Source of the DNA: Dehalococcoidia bacterium
GTDB taxonomy: Bacteria; Chloroflexota; Dehalococcoidia; Bin125
Assembly (NCBI GenBank): GCA_965200625.1
Contig: OZ241375.1
Location: forward strand, 2,344,078-2,408,077
Direction: 5' to 3'
DNA length: 64,000 nucleotides
The first letter of the stretch is position 1. Every line of letters begins with the position of its first letter. This document shows, piece after piece, positions 59,728 to 64,000 of this stretch. The notes beneath the pieces were generated by a model that saw only the letters and a list, made by a program, of their open reading frames with translations, searched no databases and had not been told where the DNA came from. The translations under genes were made by a program, and so were the position numbers.

Positions 59728-61475
59728 TCAGGAGTCCACGCCCGCGCCGCGACCTCAGCAATGGCGTCAAGCTTCTCCACAATCTCCGGATCAATCTCAT
59801 CGTCGGGCAGATGGTCGATCAATTGGTGCAGGTCGCGTTTGCGCATGCGTGTGCGGCGCTCGAGCAGATCGAAGTACCGATTGAAAATGGGTTGGAGCAC
59901 CTCGGCGCTCCCTTTGAGCTCGGCGCTCATGTAGTCCGGCCGATCCAATGCCCGCAAACCGTCGCGCACGCGGTCGATCGCCTGGCGCATCGTGTCCACC
60001 CGTTCTGCAATGAGTGCCTGCGTGAAGAGGGGGCCAGGCGAGGCGTTCGATGCCTCGGTTGCTGCATACGCCTCCAGTCCCGCCCGACTGACGAGATAGT
60101 TTTCGATTTCGTTTCGCCGCCACATGAGAGAGACGACTCGCTGCAAGTCGGGCGGTTCCGGAGCGCCCAGATTGTCGAAGAGCGCAACGGCCAGCAACTG
60201 CGGAACGGCGGCGCGCATACTGTGGAAGTGCCGCCTGACCTTCGCCGGCTGATTACCAACGTAATGAACGAACGCCCTCTCTAGCGCGTCGATTGCCGCT
60301 GGATGGTCTAGCCGCTGCGCAAACCGGCGCAAGACGAGCAGGTCTGTTGAACCTTCCAGATAGAGCACCCACCCTGTTTCCTCTGCTTGCAGATAGTGTT
60401 GGTAGCCGAATTCTGCCAGGGCATTGACGACTTCCTGCCGTTGCCCGTCCAGCGGGTGCGGTTTGCCGACAAACGCAATCACGCTGCCCGTTCCCGCCGC
60501 CTCATTCAGGAGCACTTCAGAGTGAGTGGCGATGAGGAGTTGATTGCGGTTTGCCTGCGCAACGTCGTTGATCAGGTGATAAGTCTCACGCTGGCGCAGA
60601 ATTTCCAGATGCGCATCCGGCTCATCCAGCATGAGGATCGAATTCGGTTGCGTATGCATATAAGCAAGCAGCAGCAGGGTCTGCTGGAATCCCCGCCCGG
60701 AGGCGGAGAGATCGAGCGTGACGCCGTGCTCGCGGTAAGTCATGGCGATTTCGCCGCGGGCGGGCACGCTCTCCGGCGGATCAAGCTCTACGCCGAACAG
60801 ATTCTGCATCTGACTGCAGAGTTCGTCCCAGCCTTGCGTATGCTCTCGCTGTTCGTAGATCTGGTAACACAGATTGCGCAGCACCTCAGCCGTGCGCCCT
60901 TCACCGATCCGCACGTTGATCGCGCCGTGAGGAAGCATCGTCTCGTTTGCCGCCAGGCCGGACATCGGCGGGAGGAGCGCAACGGGTACTTGGCCGGCTT
61001 CGTCCGGTACTGGCATCCGCTCGGGCGGTGTGTCTCCGTTCAGCCGCAACGGGCGGCAATAGAACGACTCTTCGTTCGCGAAATCAAACTCAAGCCCGCA
61101 GCGCCAGGCGGTGCCGTCTGTTTCCCCTTCGACAGTGATCTCGATACATACGTTTGCCGTCTGCGTACTCCCGTGCACAGATACGACATCGCGCAGGCGT
61201 AACCGCCACCACAAATCTCGCGCGCGCGGCACCGGAGCGGCCAGGAGGTCGCGGCGGTTGATCGCTACCCCCGACCGCCGTTTCGGAACGGGTTTGTCTT
61301 TGAACTTTTCGCGCCAGCGTTTGAGCCCGAGGTCCCACAGCGCGAGCGCCTGCATCGCCGTCGTCTTGCCAGAGTTGTTCGGTCCGACAAACACGACCGG
61401 TGAACCCAGCTCGATCTCGCTTTCCTGAAACCGCTTGAAATTGCGAATGGTCAGCTTGGTGAGCGTGGTTGGCAT
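59724..61475 (-). CDS. ABC-type ATPase with TOPRIM-like domain (OLD-like nuclease)
   Basis: IRNFKRF, GPNNSGKT, LDEPDAHL, IATHS, YLEGSTD, NEIENYL; likely start ATG 61475. Confidence 0.8.
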   Translation of the reverse strand: MPTTLTKLTIRNFKRFQESEIELGSPVVFVGPNNSGKTTAMQALALWDLGLKRWREKFKDKPVPKRRSGVAINRRDLLAAPVPRARDLWWRLRLRDVVSVHGSTQTANVCIEITVEGETDGTAWRCGLEFDFANEESFYCRPLRLNGDTPPERMPVPDEAGQVPVALLPPMSGLAANETMLPHGAINVRIGEGRTAEVLRNLCYQIYEQREHTQGWDELCSQMQNLFGVELDPPESVPARGEIAMTYREHGVTLDLSASGRGFQQTLLLLAYMHTQPNSILMLDEPDAHLEILRQRETYHLINDVAQANRNQLLIATHSEVLLNEAAGTGSVIAFVGKPHPLDGQRQEVVNALAEFGYQHYLQAEETGWVLYLEGSTDLLVLRRFAQRLDHPAAIDALERAFVHYVGNQPAKVRRHFHSMRAAVPQLLAVALFDNLGAPEPPDLQRVVSLMWRRNEIENYLVSRAGLEAYAATEASNASPGPLFTQALIAERVDTMRQAIDRVRDGLRALDRPDYMSAELKGSAEVLQPIFNRYFDLLERRTRMRKRDLHQLIDHLPDDEIDPEIVEKLDAIAEVAARAWTPD

Positions 61476-61520
61476 GGAGGCAGGATATCCTGCACACCCA
61501 GACCTGATGAGGAGGCTCCG

Positions 61521-62000
61521 ATGACCCAACAGACGCCTGAACGGAATATGCCGCCGGTCGCTCCGGCTTTGGCGGGCGAGCCGGTTGCCCCGCCGGACGA
61601 CTCCCGCTTTGTGATCAAGCCGGTCGCGGACACGCCGGTCAGCGTGGGCCGCAACATCCACTCGCGGCGGATGTTCACCGCCGCCGAGGGCCGCTTTGAG
61701 AGCTCCTTCCAGTTTGTCCTCCACAACGTGCTGCCCGTCGGCGAGACCAACGTGCGCCACATCCACGAGGACATCGAGAAGGTCTACTACTTCCTCAAGG
61801 GCAACGCCGAGATCGACTGCGGCCCCTGGCGCACGACCGCGACCGCCGGCGACTTCCTCTTCTTCCCCGCCGACATCGCCCACCAGATTTACAGCAAGGG
61901 GCCGGAGGACCTGGAGTTCATCGTCTGCGCGGCGCAGACCACGGGCGCGGCGCTGGGGATGAGCGACGGCGGGCTGCTCGGCGCGGATGGGGACGCCTGA
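61521..62000 (+). CDS. Cupin domain protein
   Basis: HIHEDIEKVYYFLKG...GDFLFFPADIAH; GAGGAGG RBS. Confidence 0.88.
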   Translation: MTQQTPERNMPPVAPALAGEPVAPPDDSRFVIKPVADTPVSVGRNIHSRRMFTAAEGRFESSFQFVLHNVLPVGETNVRHIHEDIEKVYYFLKGNAEIDCGPWRTTATAGDFLFFPADIAHQIYSKGPEDLEFIVCAAQTTGAALGMSDGGLLGADGDA

Positions 62001-63052
62001 TGGCCGACCAGGACGCGACCGAGATTGTCTCGCTGGAACCGCTGCGCGAGTTCGGCGCGGCCGTCTATGCGGCCTGCGGCGTGCCGGCGGAGGACGCCGC
62101 CTTCACCGTCGAAATCCAGCTCACCGCCGACCTGCGCGGCGTTGACACGCACGGCTTCCAACGGCTCGGCTGGTACGCCGGGCATCTGCAGGCGGGCCGC
62201 TACAACCCGACGCCCAGCCTGGCGGTGATCAAGGAGACGCCCGTCTCGCACGTCATTGACGGCGACGGCGGGATCGGCCAGCTGGTCGTCGCGCGGACAA
62301 TGCAGCGCACGATCGCCAAGGCGAAGGAGACGGGCCTCGCCCTGGGCGCGCTGCGCAACAGCAACGACTGGGGCATGGGCGCGTTCTATCCGATGCTGGC
62401 CGCCGCCGAAGGATTCGTCTCCTTCTGCACCACGACCAGCGTGCCCACGCTCGCCCCGTTCGGCTCGCGCACGCGGATTACGGGCAACAACCCGATGGCG
62501 TTCGCCGCGCCGCGCGCCTCTGGCCCGCCCGTCGTGCTCGACATGGCGCTCACGCCGGTCGCGCTCGGCAAGGTCATGCGCGCCCGCGCCGAGGGCCGAC
62601 CGATCCCCGAGGAGTGGGGCTTCCAGGACCTCGAAGGCCTGCCGACCACCGATCCCGAGACGGCCATGGCGGGCGTCATCCCCGCGCTGGGCGCGGTCTC
62701 GGCCTACAAGGGATCAGGCCTGAGCCTGTTCATGAACCTGCTCGCCGGGGCGCTGCCCGGCGGCTACCACAGCCGCGACGTCAACATCGGCAAGCGCGGC
62801 CAGTTCCTGCTCGTGATCGACCCCGAGATGTTCGGCGACGCCGCCGCGTTCAGCGAGGCGGTTGACGCAATGGTCGAGCAGATCAAGGCCGCCGATCCGC
62901 TGCCCGACGTCGAGGAGGTCTTCGCGCCCGGCGAAATCGAGCAGCGCGCCTACGAAGAGCGCCTCGCCGCCGGCCACGTCGTGTACCCATCGTCAACCCT
63001 GCAGGACCTGAGCGCCCTCTCGGACGAAATGGGCATCCCGCTGGAGATCTGA
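62000..63052 (+). CDS. Ldh_2 family oxidoreductase (malate/sulfolactate/ureidoglycolate dehydrogenase-like)
   Basis: ADLRGVDTHG, GNNPMAFA, VLDMA, YKGSGL, PGEIE. Confidence 0.9.
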   Translation: MADQDATEIVSLEPLREFGAAVYAACGVPAEDAAFTVEIQLTADLRGVDTHGFQRLGWYAGHLQAGRYNPTPSLAVIKETPVSHVIDGDGGIGQLVVARTMQRTIAKAKETGLALGALRNSNDWGMGAFYPMLAAAEGFVSFCTTTSVPTLAPFGSRTRITGNNPMAFAAPRASGPPVVLDMALTPVALGKVMRARAEGRPIPEEWGFQDLEGLPTTDPETAMAGVIPALGAVSAYKGSGLSLFMNLLAGALPGGYHSRDVNIGKRGQFLLVIDPEMFGDAAAFSEAVDAMVEQIKAADPLPDVEEVFAPGEIEQRAYEERLAAGHVVYPSSTLQDLSALSDEMGIPLEI

Positions 63053-63058
63053 CCGCGC

Positions 63059-64000
63059 CTACTTCTCGCAGACGACACCGTCGCTGTCGCCGTCACCAGC
63101 CGACGGCACCGCCTCGGCGGGGAAGCCGCGGCCGGTGCCCTTACTGCCCCTGACGCGCTGCAAGCCGGCGGCGATCGCTGCGTCGCAGTTGGCGTAGGTC
63201 TGGCCGTCGGACGCGGGCGTGGCCGCCGGCGATGCATCGTCAGCCGCGTCATTGGCCTCGACCACCACGACCGTCGGCTCCCGCTCCGGGTACTCGGATC
63301 TGCGCGCGTAGTCGGCCGGGCAGGTGGCGAGCATTTCGCGCAGCGCCTGGACTTCGGCGGCGTCGGCGCTCAATGCCCACTTCCGTTTCACTTCAATCCA
63401 GTCGTGCGCGTACTGACACCAGGTGCCGCGCCGGGACGGCTTCCACTCGGCCGGGTCCTGGGCACCCTTGCGCCGATTGCTGGAGATGGAAACGGCGGTC
63501 AGCGCCGCCGGCAGCTCGAGATCGTTGGCAAACTCCGACTTGCGCTCCGCCGACCAGCCCGCCGCCCCGGAGTCGTGCGCCTCGGCCAGCGGCACCATGT
63601 GGTCGATGTCCAGATCGGAAGGATCGTTCAGCCTGCCGCCGTCGTACCACGACTGCCAGACGCCGTCGAGCGGGCGGCAGCTCTGGTTCACCTCCGAGAT
63701 CGAAACGGCCTCCGCGATCAGCACCAGCTCGCGCACATTGCAGCGCGGCCGATCAGTCCTGGCCCAGCCGCGCGGCATGTAGGCGTCGCGGTCGTACTCG
63801 ATGCCGCCGTCCGACTCCGCCGCCACGCGCAGTGCGTCGAGCAGCGCCGCATACGGATCGGCCGGCTCTGTTTGCTCTGGCGCGGCCTCGGGTTCCTCAA
63901 CCTGGGGCTGCGCCTCCGCCTGTTGGATCTGCTGTTGCTGCTGCTCCTGTTGCTGGGCGGGCGCGGCTGGTTGAGGTGGGCGTTGGGTTTCCGGTTGCGG
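63059..64000 (-). CDS. DUF1524/HNH nuclease plus Excalibur Ca-binding domain; 5' end outside the window
   Basis: [30 protein letters not shown]...[10 protein letters not shown]; frame is open to 64000 through a Q/P-rich linker. Confidence 0.85.
   Translation of the reverse strand, partial: PQPETQRPPQPAAPAQQQEQQQQQIQQAEAQPQVEEPEAAPEQTEPADPYAALLDALRVAAESDGGIEYDRDAYMPRGWARTDRPRCNVRELVLIAEAVSISEVNQSCRPLDGVWQSWYDGGRLNDPSDLDIDHMVPLAEAHDSGAAGWSAERKSEFANDLELPAALTAVSISSNRRKGAQDPAEWKPSRRGTWCQYAHDWIEVKRKWALSADAAEVQALREMLATCPADYARRSEYPEREPTVVVVEANDAADDASPAATPASDGQTYANCDAAIAAGLQRVRGSKGTGRGFPAEAVPSAGDGDSDGVVCEK

Noticed and set aside
61476-61883. N-terminal extension of the 719-aa ATPase ORF
   Set aside because: Antisense to the cupin gene; ATPase family sequence begins at MPTTLTKLTIRNFK

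Overview
High-GC, densely coding bacterial chromosome segment. Gene content points to Chloroflexota, probably Dehalococcoidia-like (inference): many LLM oxidoreductases, CoA-transferase, acyl-CoA dehydrogenase, Tat lipoprotein solute-binding protein, GAAC-N4-GTTC boxes. It holds a complete SUF Fe-S operon with regulator, housekeeping genes (proB, ileS, murJ, rpsT, rimO, mtaB, a class B PBP) and many catabolic or redox enzymes. Three solitary defence/toxin-like genes have atypical composition: a coiled-coil protein with a putative RelE-like domain, a Fic protein and an OLD-like ATPase. Several REP-like palindrome families occur. Main observations: (1) a thioredoxin-NHL gene with an in-frame TGA in a UxxC motif plus a SECIS-like hairpin, a probable selenoprotein that the ORF track truncates; (2) a structured, terminated ~110-nt RNA candidate followed by a perfect LexA-type box and a putative toxin gene; (3) a small zinc-ribbon protein with a clamp-binding-like motif behind a consensus promoter and SOS-like box; (4) IleRS2 with GVHH instead of HIGH; (5) an apparently chimeric zinc-ribbon gene. 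No CRISPR array, rRNA, tRNA or transposase was recognised. Product calls come from motif recognition by eye, not database searches.
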